Source: Eledone cirrhosa (lineage: Eukaryota). From it: a stretch of DNA of 64,000 nt. The number at the start of each line of letters is the position of its first letter. The stretch's first letter is position 1. Of this stretch, positions 1 through 15,175 are shown piece by piece. The notes beneath the pieces were generated by a model. It made no database searches. It was not told the DNA's origin and saw only the letters and a list, made by a program, of their open reading frames with translations. Where the stretch lies: NCBI GenBank assembly GCA_964016885.1, contig OZ024740.1:170748001-170812000 (forward strand), given 5' to 3'. The position numbers and the translations under genes were made by a program.

Positions 1-459
1 AAAGTAGGAATTCAAGCAAAACTGTATCTTCCTTCACACAGACACACATATATATATGTGTGTGTGGGGGTACCACTAAATTTAAACGTATATAGATAGA
101 TAGACTCAAAAATACGCCCTATGAATCTAGCCAATGTATTTAACAAATGTAAAAATATAACAATACTACAAACTAGTCACATGTGTATACAACTCATGCA
201 TTCGCCTAAATATCATTTTTATATTTATGTTGCTAATAAATTGATCGAAATTCATTCTTAATCGCCATTTCTTTTTTACTTTGGGGAAATGGGAAAATAA
301 ATAGTTTGATTGAATCCGTAAATAATGAAAGAAAAAATAATTTCATCGTGTCAGCAACGATTAAACTGGTCATGTAGCCCCTTATTTTAATAAAACAAAA
401 CAAGCCGAGTTAATATAAGACTTTCATATGAAAGATATAATTATAAAGCATTATATATA

Positions 460-642
460 GAATTGGCAGTATTGGTAGAGGGTCGGACGCCATGCTTTGA
501 CGCATAGAGTTACGGCCCTTGCCATTCTGAGTTCAAATCCCGCCGAGGTTAACTTTGCCTTTCATCCTTATGGGGTCGATAAAATAAAGTACCAGTAATA
601 CACTAGTAATTGCTGGCCTTGTGCCAAAAGTAGAAACAATTA
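460..642 (+). mobile_element. tRNA-derived SINE (dominant family in this window), full length
   Basis: A-box-like TGGCAGTATTGG, B-box GAGTTCAAATCC, body ttcatccttayggggtcgataaaataaagtaccag, 3' end ggccttgtgccaaaagtagaaacaatta; many dispersed copies in the window. Confidence 0.85.
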
Positions 643-1349
643 TATATATACATATATATATATATATGTGTGCGTGTGTATGTGTTAGTGTGTGCGTGTG
701 TGTGTGTGCGTGCGTGTGTGTGTGTATACAGGTTCTATCCAGTGGTGAATCACTAAACATAGATGAATATATATATCGAAAACTTTCCTTATATTTTATA
801 TGACTATGTTCCAGTTTTAACACTTTTTTATATTAATGATATTACATATATACTTATTAGTCTTTTATGTTTGAAACAATAAATACACGAGAACTATCGA
901 CATTTTCATGGCCTTCCTGGTCTTATCTTCTGGTTGAAAGGATTTTAGAGGTGGTTGTAATTGCTGTTTTATTATAGACGAGAATCATGGGAACGATCTT
1001 GTGTCTGATTCTCATTCCTTATCGGCTGATTTCTGCATTTTTTTTTATTGTTGTTGATGTCAGTTTCCTTTCAACAATAAGGAAATAGTTAGTCCATTTG
1101 TTAAAGTCTTAATTTACTGCTATGATGAATTTTGGACTATATTCAGCTATTAATACAGCTTCCATGCCTAATCTAATATTTCTTTTATATTGTTTGGTTT
1201 GAATTTTGCGGTGGGTAGGAGGTTGAATTGTGAATCGATGCTATGTAATCACCTAATATTCCTATAACTATTTTTTCTTTTATCACTGTTCGCAAAAGTA
1301 AAAGTAAATAATGCGGTTAAACAATACAATATATGGAATAATGATATTT

Positions 1350-2350
1350 AATTTAGGTACATGGCCAGTCATTTTAGAAGAGGAAATTCGATTAAATCTC
1401 CAGTAAAGCTGGAGCTTTATTATTTAACTAGGGCTTAATCTTCTCGACCTAGGAAGAATGAAAGGCAAAGTAGACATTGGCAGGATTTGAACTCAGAATG
1501 TAAAGTGCTTGAACAAATATTGCAAAGCAATGCCGCTCTAACGTTTCTGACAATTCACCGTCTTCAATAATATCTAATAATTGTTTCTACTTTTGGCACA
1601 AGGCCAGCAATTACCCAGTACATTACTGGTACTTTATTTTATCGACCCCGTAAGGATGAAAGGCAAAGTTAACCTTGACGGGATTTGAACTCAGATCATA
1701 AAGGGCCGTAACTCTTTGCTGCAAAGCATGGCGTCCGACCCTCCAACGATACTGCCAATTCACCGCCCTAATAATTGTTTCTACTTTTGGCACAAGGCCA
1801 GCAATTATCCAGTACATTACTGGTACTTTATTTTGTCGACCCCATAAGGATGAAAGGCAAAGTTAACCTCGGCGGGATTTGAACTCAGACTGTAAACGAA
1901 CATAACTATTCTGGAAAGCATGGCGTCCTACTCTCTACCGATACTGCCAATTCACCGCCCTAATAATGGTTTCTTATATAGGCACAAGGCTAGCAATTTT
2001 GAGGGAGGGGAAAGTCCATTAAATCGACCCCAGTGCGTGACTGGTACTTTATTTTATCGACCCCGTAAGGATGAAAGGCAAAGTTGACCTCGGCGGGATT
2101 TGAACTCAGGCCATAAAGGGCCGTAATGAGCGCCCTAATAATGATTTCTAATTGGAGCACAAGGCGAACATTATGTGGTGAGAGGAAATTCAAAATTCAA
2201 TTACGTCGACTCCAGTACGTGACTGCTACTTTATTTTATCAACCCTAGAAGGATGAAAAGCAAATTTGACATTGGATGCTTTTGAACTCAGAGCGCCAGT
2301 ACGAATACAGGAAAGCATTTTAGCTAACACTGTAATGCCTCTACCAATCC
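1350..2350 (-). mobile_element. Head-to-tail cluster of about five copies of the same SINE
   Basis: Reverse-complement SINE core (ctggtactttattttatcgacccc...ggatgaaaggcaaagtt...ggatttgaactcag) recurs near 1450, 1630, 1820, 2045 and 2225. Confidence 0.85.
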
Positions 2351-2799
2351 ATGCATATATATTGGTTATTTTGTAAGGAACTATTAAATCAAAGGTACAA
2401 TTAAACTAAGTGTAAATACCAAAATTGTTTATGACTTACCTAAAAATTATATAATTTTTAGCTAAAAGTTTAAAGTTATAAATAAACATAGTAACTACTT
2501 GGAAATGCCTCTTTTCTTCGCATTCATAATCATCGTAGATTAGGTAACCTGAAGCGACACAATATGGCCGTTTTTATATGTAACTGTGAGAATAACAATC
2601 AGCACATATATTACTATATATTTTTAGTAGATCCCCTTGCAGATACACGATGGAATCAGTGATATGCTTTATAATACAAAACAGTGCCTAGAAAAACATT
2701 TGTTTGTAATACAACTGTATTAGGACTATATAACTTCAGCTGTTTTAATTTATACTGTGGAACACGGATATAATTTTTACACATCACAAGACATCTGAT

Positions 2800-3115
2800 C
2801 TTTTTTAGGGCATCATTCTAGGAGAAAACTTTTCCGATGTAAAACCTGCGACACAGTGGCAACCAATGATGTTGACCTGTTCTTTTTGTATACCTATCAC
2901 CATTGTACAGAGAATGTGATTGGTCTGGTGCAAGGCCTTTCTCCACTTAAAGCTTCAAGCACAGGCATCACTTGATCTAAACATCTTTCACTTGTGTTAC
3001 ATGAGCTTGGCTGTCCGTAACCAAAAAGGTTGCCTTTTTCGCTGCAGCATATGCGGGGCTAAAAAGTCATGTTTGTGCCAACTATGAGTGAGAAAAGGAC
3101 CAAAGATGGCAATTC
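2800..3115 (+). mobile_element. Degenerate copy of the RTE-derived non-autonomous element
   Basis: Colinear similarity (ttctaggagaa...ccaatgatgttgacctgttcttt...gcacaggca...aaaagtca) to the reverse complement of 23833-24265. Confidence 0.6.
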
Positions 3116-3559
3116 CTGAAATACAGTATTCAGGACAGCAATATCAAATTTGTCCATTTACAAGACTAATTTTTTAACGGAGATCTGACTATTTTTTTCT
3201 AGCAACTTAGGTTGACGGAAAAGGCTTCTTCATTGGTTCGTCTGTTTGAGGTTGATGTGGTTTAGCCACATATAAGCGTTGAAAAGCGGGGTTTCTCAAC
3301 ATTTTTACACTACCACTGACCTTCATGCGGAACACATTTTAATCCTCAGCTGTATAGTAATTTTTGAAATGATATGAAATCATTGATAACTCTTACAAAA
3401 TAATAGTTTCGAATTTAGACATAAGTCCAACAATTTGGGAGGAGGGGAAAGTCGATAATCGACTGCAGTGCATTACTGGTACTTTATGTCATCGGCCCTG
3501 TAATGTCGAAATGGAAAGCTAATCTTTAATGTAAGTAAAGTAAAGGGTTGGTACATAAG

Positions 3560-5230
3560 TATTGTTGTTTTTATATATTATCAATTCTATTCTTGTGCCT
3601 AGTAGAGAGGCTTTGAGGTTTTAAGTTAGTCGTCTTTAAACGAAAGTTATCTCGTTGAGTTATATCCTAACTACCTCTACTTTTAGATAACAAAATACTT
3701 TCGTTGCTAAAACTAGCTACTATCACGTATGGCATGGAATGTAAGCAATATCAACATTAACTGCTTCCATAGATTGGGGTAAGAAATCAATATACTTCAA
3801 TAAGACTACTAGACTTGTATGCAGGGAAGCCAATATAGTACTGTGGCATTCATGTCATTTTGTAACTCTATTAATGCTTCCTGCAAATCGTCGTTGCAAT
3901 TGACTAGTCGTACATCAAGCATCTTGATATACCAAACTAGAATAGTCAATGCAATATCTAGGAAACACTGTACCATGTTGTCACGTAAGGATTGTAAATA
4001 GACATTATAAGCAATTATATCTTCATCAACCAGTTCATATTTCAAGCTTTCCACTCGCTAAAATTAGTGGAGTAGATGTCCGGCAATGTTCATCTTATAG
4101 ACGCTCAATTCATAAATGAAGACACATATAGACGCTTTACATTTAAAGCGGCTTTTGCTTTGCTTGCAATATCAAAATGTTGTGTAGCAATCATAGTAGG
4201 AATTATTGAATGTTTTGAAAAATTCTAGGATTATATCAAACAATTTGACAAAAGAAAACAACACAGTTGCCTTTTAACAATGAGGGTACTTTGATGTTAT
4301 ACAAAATACTCGTATAGTCATTATTATTATCAAGCCACAGCTAACGGAAATGTCTAACAAACAATAAATTTCATTTTGGTTTGCTGATCATCTTGATTAT
4401 CTTTTGCAGTGCATCGTTGAGCCTAACATCAATATTTCAGTCATAAAACACTGATGGTGACTTAAACATTTTATTGCTAAAAGAGTGCTAAATTTCAGGT
4501 TTAACAGATGAGAAGCTCTTTTTCTACCAACCATATTAGTGCTCCATTCGATGCACATGTTAGATAATTAGGTAACAAAGTGATGTGCTCATATAAAAGT
4601 CTTTATAATTCTAAAATACGGAAGCAGTAATTCAATATGCAGCATTTTCTCGTAGTCTTGGAGACTTTCATTCAAAAGCCGGATATTTATCAAGCATTTG
4701 ACTGTCTACAATTGCTAACTTTATGGTAAAATTCAGAACACTGGAGAATATGTATAAGACGATACTTGTCGTTAGTGACCATTCAATTTATACACCGAGT
4801 GTGTGTCGTTATTAAAAGGAACTGTGTTGATAGTGGTATAAGGGTTTTCATATTTTACAGTCTACGGAACTTCTTCAAAAACATATGAAAGTAATGTCTC
4901 TCCTATTGTTCGGAAGCATCGTATCTTTGTGATGATTCATACAGTATTGTAGAGCGCCATCATAATATAGTTACTTCGCTGTATAGTCTTCTGGAACAAC
5001 AAGAATAATGTATTCCGTTTCTAGAATTAAACCATAAGTTTAAAAATCTAAATTATAGTGAAGGTTTCATGGCTTTGTACCTTAACGTTTGGGCCACAGT
5101 GTACTCATAAGTATTTGACTCTTTGGGGTGAGAAGCAATAAACCCATAAGATAATTAATTAATTCCTTATTTGGCGACATATGTTCTTCAGTGGGCACAT
5201 TGGAGTGTTTAAAAAAATTGTAGAATAATA
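3560..5230 (-). pseudogene. Decayed hAT (Buster/Charlie-like) transposase
   Basis: ORF 3809-4054 YLQSLRDNM...DLQEALIELQND resembles the Buster-type C-terminal region; upstream frames give LSKGNC and AMKPS-like motifs; many stops and frameshifts; ends approximate. Confidence 0.6.
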
Positions 5231-6524
5231 ATTGAAAACAGCTGAGAGAATAACATTATATATTTTTATGTTGAACTGTACTTAACAATTCTCTAGATAT
5301 TCAGCTGCCTATTGAAATATATCATTGATAAATTACGTCAAAGATTTACATCTATATGTACCATGTACCTATCAACAGAGTGTGGTCCAGGTGTATGTAA
5401 ACGTATGTATGACGTATGAACATGTATGACGTATGTACACCCACACAAACATATATTTCTTTCTCTACACATCTATATAATATATAATATCACAATGTTG
5501 CTTTGTAAATAAATAATTATTTCTAATATAAGTACAAGACCAGTACAATAATAATGTTGGTATTGATTCATTTTTTTTTTTTTTTAAATTAATTACAGAC
5601 TTTAATTTTCGAAATCATACACTGTCCGCCAACATTTAAACGCCGACTATTTTCTGCACACTTACTCACCACGCACCCAAGAATTGAGAAACTTTAACCA
5701 AAACAAATTTAGCCCTGATTATCTTCTCATCTTAGGGGTATGTAAGATTATAATATTTAATGTCTTTCACAATACATTAGGTGATATTAAAAAAAAAATA
5801 TTTGGCTCATACTTCTAACAGGTCTATCCAGATACAGACTATCTCATTGGGTTGTGCGATAAACGTATACGCTACTAGCGCCCAAAATATTTATTTCTCA
5901 TTAAATATAAATATGTGCTCAGACATTTGTTAGGAAGGGACATAGCGAAATAAATTGACCCCTGACATCACTGATACTTTATTTTAAAGGAGGATTAACT
6001 AAGTGCAAATTTATGAATGTGAATATTTATGCGATTGAAAAACAAAATGTTATGTTATTTATTTAGGGATTATAACTTACATAAATGATGGAAATAAATC
6101 CTCATCGTTAAGTTCACAAGACATAGATTAAAGAGTGACTCATTATCTAACAGGTTTAAGACAGATGTTTCTCAAACACTCTGAATATCATTTTATATTT
6201 GAAGTGTTACAAACCAATCCTAATAATTATCGACAAGTTATCCCTTCAAAGAAAAGATGTTATTGTTTTACCACCTGAAACCAATCCTAGTTCTTTGATA
6301 TAAAGCTGTTTATATTTATTTACGAAGCTCATAACTCTATGTAAGAAACTTTATTATCTTACACTTCATAATTCTTATTAATTTAGGCTTAAAATACCAG
6401 CTTCAGTAGGAGAAAATTTCTTATAGTACTAAATTTCTCTAAATTCTTGATTATTTTCTAAATTATTTGAAAATCATAGGCTGTATAATATATATTTCAA
6501 ATGGGAAATATGTGATTATGATTT

Positions 6525-6960
6525 ATCTGGATTTACAGTATCGGTAGAGCGTCAGGTATCAACCTTTGCGGCATATAGTTACCTCCTTTTACGTTATGAG
6601 TTCAAATCCCACCGAGGATAGTTTTGCCTTTCATCCTTATGGGGTCGATAAAATAAATACTAGTAATGCACTGGGGTCGAACTAATCGACTTTCTCCTCC
6701 CCAAAATTGTTGGCTTTGTGCCTAAATCAGAAAACCTTATTATTATTTGTGGCATATAGTTACGTTCTTTTTCTGAGTTCATCTCCTGCTGAGGTCAACT
6801 TTGCCTTTCCTCTTTCTAGGTTCGATGAAGTAAATACCAGTAACGCACTGGGGTCGTTTGATCGACTTTTCCTTCCCCCAAAATTGTGCCTAAATCAGAA
6901 ACCATTATTTGCAGCATATAGTTACGTCCGTTTACTTTCTGTGTTCAAATCCCTCTGAGA
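6525..6960 (+). mobile_element. Cluster of two to three SINE copies (same family)
   Basis: gagttcaaatccc...ttcatccttatggggtcgataaaat...gtgcctaaatcagaaa repeated in tandem. Confidence 0.75.
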
Positions 6961-8448
6961 TTATGTGTTCACTTGATCTGCTGGAAATAGCAGCCATGTA
7001 CGCCTTCTTATTTCACCAATTCATTCTCAAAATGATGAATACACGGAATAATATAGACTTAGAGTAGATTGATATCAATTTTCAAAGAGAATATTGATGA
7101 AATATTCTCGTTAATATTTTGGTAAAATTTCTTTATTTTGGCCACAACGTTTTCAGATGTATATATTAATAAAACAAAAAATTACAGTTTTCCCCCCAAA
7201 TTAACCGACAACATTCTTTGAAAAAAATTAACAAAATAAAAAAAAGATGTCGAATGAAAGTCAGAGATTATAATTATATTGTAATATTGTCACAGAACAG
7301 TAAATTTGAATTTAATCGGAACTTTCACTGACAGATATTTTAATCGATGCCTGAATGATAAATGTCAACACCGGCTCTTTGCAGAAAATGAACTCAGATC
7401 ACAAAGGGACCTAACTAAATGTAAAGTATTTGAACTCTCTATCAATTCTGCTTCTTGATTCCCTTTATACAGTTTTCAATTAATTAGAATGAATCAAAAT
7501 CGTAGACGGTTATTTGAAATATGCTGTGTAAAAGATTAAACATTTTTTTTTTAAATTGGAGACTTTAATCTACATTTTAATCGTTGTAGGAAAATTCCAA
7601 ATCACGCAGGAAAAAACCGTATATTTTATTTTTCATTAATTATGATGATTTACAAAAATCTTATTTGATAAAAAAACAACAACTTGATTACGAATTATCT
7701 TTCTTAGACTTATTTCATAAATTACACGTAGAAAAATAAACATAGTAATCTATATTTCTATCTTTATATAACGGTATTTAAAATTTGCTTCTACAAACCT
7801 TGTTTTACATTGTTTCGTTGTGTGTGTGTGTGTGTGTGTGTGTGCGTGCGCGCGCGCCTGTGTGTGTATCATTCCGCCTGTCTCTCTTTATTTATATGTA
7901 TGTGTGAGACAGTCAGTGTGTGTATTTGCGTATTTGTAAGTGAATTTGTCTGTATTTGTGTTGTCTGTATTTGTGTGTTTGTATGTGTGTGTTAGTTCTT
8001 ATAAAAAAGAATTCAGATAAAGAAAAACAAAAATAAATAAATGTGAGACAAAGAAGAAAATATATAGTATTGACTACTTAATTCGTTGCTCTGACATTTA
8101 TGTCAAACCTGGAAACTATTTCTACTTAAATGCTTATGCAGTTAATTTGACCGAGTGAAACTTTTGAGGTTTCAGAGGAAATTTTTAATTTCGAATTGTT
8201 ATGAAATATAAGCAGGAAAAGAAGGATTTGGCTTTGATTGCTGGTCATTTCGATTCGCCAAATCGGTGGCAGAAGACAAACGTATGTTACCAAGACGCTT
8301 ATTGAATCCATCAGCATATGGTGGTAGGAGGGGGTGCAGTGTTTCGTACCAACCACGCAAAACTTGATGATGACGTAATTGTTTTCATTTTACATTGTTT
8401 ATTTTTTGTGTCGGGTTGTCAACATAAAATAAAGAAAATTATATATAT

Positions 8449-8541
<93 letters not shown>

Positions 8542-8560
8542 CATACATATATATATATAT

Positions 8561-8600
<40 letters not shown>

Positions 8601-8670
8601 AGTGTGTGTGTGTGCGTGTGTGTGTGTGTGTATGTATGTAAATATATATACATATATGCATACGTAAATA

Positions 8671-8730
8671 CTACACACACACACGCTCATATATAGGTGT
8701 GTGTGTGTATCCCTATCTATCTATCTATCA

Positions 8731-8829
<99 letters not shown>

Positions 8830-8835
8830 GATAGT

Positions 8836-8908
<73 letters not shown>

Positions 8909-8952
8909 GGATATATATATATATATATACACCTCTATATGTGAGTGTGTAG
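8671..8952. repeat. (TA)n-centred imperfect palindrome of compound microsatellites
   Basis: atccctatctatc...(CT)n-(TA)n-(AG)n...gatagatagggat; outer flanks ctacacac...ataggtgt and acacctctatatgtgagtgtgtag also mirror. Confidence 0.7.
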
Positions 8953-9129
8953 AGTTTGCGTATGCATGTATGTATAAATATCCACAGCGTTTGCATAAAA
9001 GTACATTATAGTACATATTTCTATAGATCGTACCATTTATTTTTTTCTTTCTGTTCGTCCATAGTACCCCGTGTCTAAGGAGAAACGTCGTGAGAGTCGG
9101 GTGCTCATATATTTCACAAAGACATTTAG

Positions 9130-9350
9130 AAACAGAAGTATATCAAGATCGGTCCACACATTAGATTAATCGGGAGTTTACGACTCACAGTTCAAGTGTA
9201 ACTAGGCATCAATTTGACCAGAATCGTTCCAGTCGTAACCATCCCGTCATTTTAATGGTGCAGAGAGCAACATTATACACTGCCCTCTTTCCATAGGGTG
9301 TGATTTTAGGAATGCATGGCTGTTATTTCTAGCAGGCTCAGTGACCGAGG
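9130..9350 (-). mobile_element. Second dispersed SINE-like family, copy
   Basis: Reverse complement shares gctagaaatarcagc...atggytrsga...gaa blocks with 22808-23015 and 6965-7060. Confidence 0.5.
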
Positions 9351-9663
9351 AAATTTTTTTTTTTTTTTTCCTCATTCTAATCGTTAATATAGAAGACTCA
9401 CTAATATCTTAGACAGTTAGTTAAGTTATATTTTAACAACAGGTATTTCAGATAAAGAATTGTAGATGTGTAGAGATATGTACCGATGTATATTTCGTTA
9501 AAAAACACACTGAAAAGTCATATACAGTCATGTCCCACGTTTCTATTTTAATGTATTTTTTATACAGTTAATAAAGACTAATATTGTAGATTACGCCTAA
9601 TGAATACGGAATATTTTGGTCGTAATAACGTTTATAACTAAATACACACACACACACATACAC

Positions 9664-9698
<35 letters not shown>

Positions 9699-10290
9699 TA
9701 TATAGATATAGTTATATTTACGGCAGTATTTGCAATTGAAAGTGTCATTTAAAAGTCTGTTCATAAATTAAAGGGAAAATAAAATATTTATTTACGTAAC
9801 AAAGAATTTACATATTAGTGAATATATGAATATATGCGTGTGTTACAGTGTATGTGTGCAGCTGTGTATATCTCTGTGTGCAGCTGCATTTGAGTGCGTG
9901 TGTACTTAAATACACATTCGTTGATGAATGGCTAAGTTTTCACTGAAATTTTGCCTTGATCAGGTTACTTGCGCAGCCACATCTCCCCACTTAAGCTGCT
10001 TTCCACTACAGGAGAGCGTATCAATATCACTTCCGCTCCAGTGTTTACATTTTCTAAAAGCAAGATCGTTATATTGTCGATTTATAAATACGTAATTAAT
10101 AAGGGCACACAAATTCTAATAAAACACATACGATATGTTGCAAAAATGCTCGAGACGTCTAGAAATATAAATATGAACACAAACATAGATTGAATATTCA
10201 CTTTCAACGTTCGAAGCACAAAATGAATAAATAAATACACTTGATGTAAATACATGCCTGCATGTGTGTATGTGTATATGCGTGTGTAAT

Positions 10291-10411
<121 letters not shown>

Positions 10412-10704
10412 TACATACACACATACACACACACACATGTATATATATATATATATATATTTGATACACTATAGGTGTACATGTATGCCATTCAAACAAA
10501 GGCATGCCACCTTTATGTGAACACACTGAATACCAAAACCCATAGTATTTACTACCATTGTTATTGGTATTTTTTTTATTTTCATAATTATTATTGGGTG
10601 CATAATACCTATTGTGCTTATATCTCTCATTTTACTGAATCGATTATAATATATTTATTCCACAATGTAAATATTCTTTTTTCACACCATTATCGAACTT
10701 AAAT

Positions 10705-10738
<34 letters not shown>

Positions 10739-10774
10739 GTTGAAAATTGCAAACTCGACTGTCACCACATATCA

Positions 10775-10813
10775 TGAACCTGAAGATTGTGAAAGCATGA
10801 AAGTAGTTGTTCA
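10775..10813 (+). ncRNA. Minimal type I hammerhead ribozyme motif in a (TA)n-flanked pLTR-like fragment
   Basis: tgaac-CTGAAGA-ttgtgaaagcat-GAAA-gtag-TT-gttca; stem I tgaac/gttca pairs; stem III gtag is one change from the palindrome gtac. Confidence 0.55.
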
Positions 10814-11072
10814 ATTAACACTTAGAATTTAATATTCTATCATACTATTTCATTATAATACCATTATATATATTTTAAAAGGATTGTAAATAAAACGAGT
10901 AAATCAGACAAAGTTGGAATTCCTCTTATTAATATAATCTTCTATACACAATCATACACACCCGTGTATATTTACCTATCTATATCTATATATATATATA
11001 TATATATATATTTTAAAATAGAAATGGCTTCTACAGGACTAGAACTGTTTTATTCGAAGGAAATCATCACCC

Positions 11073-11160
<88 letters not shown>

Positions 11161-11270
11161 ATATATATATATATTATAATTATTATTATATTATTATTAG
11201 GATTTTTCTGCCTAGAGTTATGTTTTTTACAGTTTTGAAATGGTAGAATCTTAATCGTAAGGCATCCATT

Positions 11271-11304
<34 letters not shown>

Positions 11305-11751
11305 ATATATATAAGTGCGTATATGTGGGTTTATAAATACGTATATCCGTCTATGCCTTTGCATATATAATGTATATGTTACAAACATATATGCACTTCG
11401 ATGCAATATAAACAAGCATTTGTCGTATCTCAGTACAATGCTTGTCTGTCGATTTCTGTGGAGTTTATTATTATATGAGAATAAATTGTATTACGATAAT
11501 ATCATTCCTAAACCCTTACAAAAAATAGTGATATCATAATCATTAATGATATTATTAATATTATTGAAATTATTTAATATTATTACTACTTATCTTTTTG
11601 TATTGTTATTATTAATATTTTTATCATTATTTTTATCACTATTCCGACTGTCTCCCTTTGTTAATTTCCTTATTCCCTTTAACCTATTATTACTATCATT
11701 ATTTCTTTTGTCATTATTACTATTATTATTTGTCATTATTACTATTATTAT

Positions 11752-11882
11752 TTCCCTTGCCATTCTGAGTTCAAATCCCGCCGAGGTTAACTTTGCCTTT
11801 CATCCTTACGGGGTCGATAAAATAAAGTACCAGTAATACACTGAGATATTGCTGGCCTTGTGCTTAACGTAGAAACAATTAT
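11752..11882 (+). mobile_element. SINE, 5'-truncated
   Basis: B-box and body essentially identical to the family consensus. Confidence 0.8.
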
Positions 11883-11884
11883 TT

Positions 11885-12200
11885 CTTTTGTCATGGAGTG
11901 TAGAAGAGCACCAGAGTATTTAGTTATATGTCAACTCACAACAAGGACCTCAAATAGATAATACTTTCCTTAAAATGTAGGCAGTGCCTAGCAAGGCTGA
12001 TTTTTGTATGACACCAATCTTGCATGGTATTCTCAACCGTTTTAAGAAGTCTTGTAGTTTCAATGGTCTTTACCCTAAAGCCCAGATCACAACTGGTATT
12101 ATTTTCACATTACCCTCTCACATTCCACACAGTCTTACGATAAACACTTTCAATTCTGAGTACCAGGTGATTTTTTTCAACCTCTTTTATCCTAATATTC
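11885..12200 (-). mobile_element. 3' end of an R4/Dong-like non-LTR retrotransposon
   Basis: Close similarity to 16145-16400; minus frame reads IPCKIGVIQKSALLGT, typical of an RLE-element C-terminus. Confidence 0.65.
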
Positions 12201-12456
12201 ATTTAATTTGGAATGGTAACGTCTATGATGTGACATTATTTGGTCTTTATTGTTGAATATGACATATTCCGGCCAGCAGGGTCGATACAATAAAGTACCA
12301 ACTTTGCCCCCCCCCCCCCCCCATATTTGATGGCCTTTTTTCTAGATTGGAAACAATTATTATCATCATCATCGTCGTCATCGTCGTCAGCAACACCACC
12401 ATTATCATCTTCAACATCATCATCACCACCACCACCACCACCACCACCACAATTAC

Positions 12457-12520
<64 letters not shown>

Positions 12521-12941
12521 GGCCTCAGGATCATCAGCATTGTCGTCATCGTCATTATAGTCTTCATTGTTATTCTCCTAGATAATACTGTTATGAAAAT
12601 AAATATAAACAATATGTTATGGTGATTTCATATGCTCTTTCCAATATGATTAAACGACACCAAGTAGTTTCATATCATTACTTTACTTTCAAACAATGTT
12701 CTCTATCAGAAAAAAATACTATTTCCAAACGCGTATATTGAGTATATATATGCACTTATATTCGGAGAAAAAAAATTTATAAAAATTGACATGTGTATGT
12801 GTATGTATATATATATATATATATTGATGTTTATATATATATATATATGTATATGTGTGTGTGTATTCGTGTGTGTATGTATACATCTAAATGTATATAG
12901 GTATATATGCATATATATATAATATGGTTACATATTTCTAT

Positions 12942-13024
<83 letters not shown>

Positions 13025-13107
13025 TGTGTGGGTATGCGCGGGCATGTTTAGATGTCTACCGGTTTCGATTTCGTATAAGCAAATTTCTGTCTGTGTCCCT
13101 CCATAGC

Positions 13108-13128
13108 AATTACGCTCTCTCTTCCCTC

Positions 13129-13167
<39 letters not shown>

Positions 13168-13179
13168 GTATATATATAT

Positions 13180-13218
<39 letters not shown>

Positions 13219-13236
13219 GGAAGAGAGAGCGTAATT
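13108..13236. repeat. (TA)n-centred fold-back palindrome
   Basis: aattacgctctctcttccctcctct...ctgta(TA)ntacag...agaggagggaagagagagcgtaatt. Confidence 0.85.
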
Positions 13237-13517
13237 ATATATATATATGTACATATATTATACGTGTATATATCTGTGTTACTGTTAATGTGTATATGTG
13301 AGTGTGTGTGTGTGCGAATATGCCTCTGTCTACATGCCGACATTATTAATATGATAAATTGGCACACACATAAATGCATCCACACATGAGTACACATCTA
13401 CATGTATATACATACGTAAATACAAACATACATAGCAAATATATATATATATATATAGTGGTAGAGAAAAAGAGAGAAAAAGAAAGAAAAAGAGAGAGAG
13501 AGCGACAGGGAGAGAGA

Positions 13518-13619
<102 letters not shown>

Positions 13620-14079
13620 CCAACGCATGAATTTATATACGGAAAATATCTACGTTTCCTTATAGAGATTCTTAAATCTCTAAATGTGTGTGCTCCCATG
13701 CATGTCTTTATTTGTATGTAGATATGTATACGTTGTCCCTGTCATGCATGCACGAATGCATTACGCATATGGATCGCTATGTATTCTGTTTTTCACTGTA
13801 CGTAAAGTCGAATCGCCTGTGACTGTGTGTGTGTGTGTGTGTCCGTGTATGAATACGTTAGCGTTTAGATGAATGTCCGTTTCCCTAGTTCCACCCCAGT
13901 GACGACATTGATTAAGCGTTGTGTGTGGAGTTAGCTACCAACCAAGACTTTAACATAATTTATTCAAAATGGGGGGCGCAAGAGTTTAAACTGAGAGTGA
14001 AAGATCGTTTGTTTTCTCTTCCTTTTTTATGCTTTTATTTTCTATGTTACTTTTTGAATTTTTTATTTTGTTTTCCTAG

Positions 14080-14140
14080 ACATGTCCAGATTTTAACATC
14101 AGGGCCCACATCGTAAAATGAATGCCGGAAAAAAGAATTG
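14080..14140 (+). other. Candidate 61-nt host exon
   Basis: About 50-nt polypyrimidine tract ending ttttcctAG, unique sequence, then TG|GTACGT donor; all three through-frames stop, so UTR or start-codon exon (ATG AAT GCC GGA AAA AAG AAT TG) if real. Confidence 0.35.
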
Positions 14141-14546
14141 GTACGTTTAATTACCAGTTTTAATATTACGTAAACATCGGCTCTAGCTTTAGTTCTATTA
14201 ATTCTGTTGTTTCAGATAGGACTAGTGTGTGTATGTAACATGTTGAATGTTATAATAAAGTTGGTGTTATGGTTTTTTTTTTACATATTTTGCCCCAAGT
14301 CAGCTGCCATTAGCCAAACCTGTGATCAAAGCGTTCTACCTAAGACCACCCCACCTTATTTTCATTTTTTTTTAGAGTCAGAGGTCACTTCCTGTATTAG
14401 AATTCTTTGAACACTAAGCTGTTTCTACAAACGAACCAGCTACGTATTTGCTGCTTTCTTTTTCTCACCCTCCCTCCCCTCTCTTTCTCCCATTCCCTCT
14501 CCTCTCCTCTCTCTCTCCTTCTCTAAATATGTATATATATAATATA

Positions 14547-14602
<56 letters not shown>

Positions 14603-14908
14603 ACAGTAAATAAATACAAACACATATATATATATATATATATATATACTTAGAAATATTTTTTTTTTTTACATATTATACAGTAAATATATACATACAC
14701 ACACACACACACACATACACCACACACGCGCATATATATATTTAAATATATATACATATATATATATACATACATAGGAAGGTAAAATCTCAGTGACTTG
14801 GCCACTATGTCGAGCTTTTACATTCCTTTATACCATTCTTCACATGCGTAGAGTACTACCCTGATTTGTGGTACCCTTGGTCTCGGCACCGCAGTCTTTA
14901 TATCTATA

Positions 14909-14964
<56 letters not shown>

Positions 14965-14967
<3 letters not shown>

Positions 14968-15175
14968 CGATCTCGGCATCTGTTGTTGAGGGGGCACCGT
15001 GGTTCAATCCTCCCCACAATGCCGAGGTGACAACACCTATCGGGAAAATCTTCTTTAGGCTGCTCGAAAAACTCTTCCCACTACAACATCGTCTCCTCTA
15101 ACAACAAAAAACTCAACCCCTATGGAAGAAATAACCTAGACACCAGTGGAGAGCCAACCAGGAGGTGTAACTGTC

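Noticed and set aside
460-545. tRNA gene
   Set aside because: A and B boxes belong to SINE heads; no cloverleaf or terminator
8150-8290. Possible exon MKYKQEKKDLALIAGHFDSPNRWQKTN|GTATGT
   Set aside because: Weak acceptor and no recognisable homology; cannot be supported
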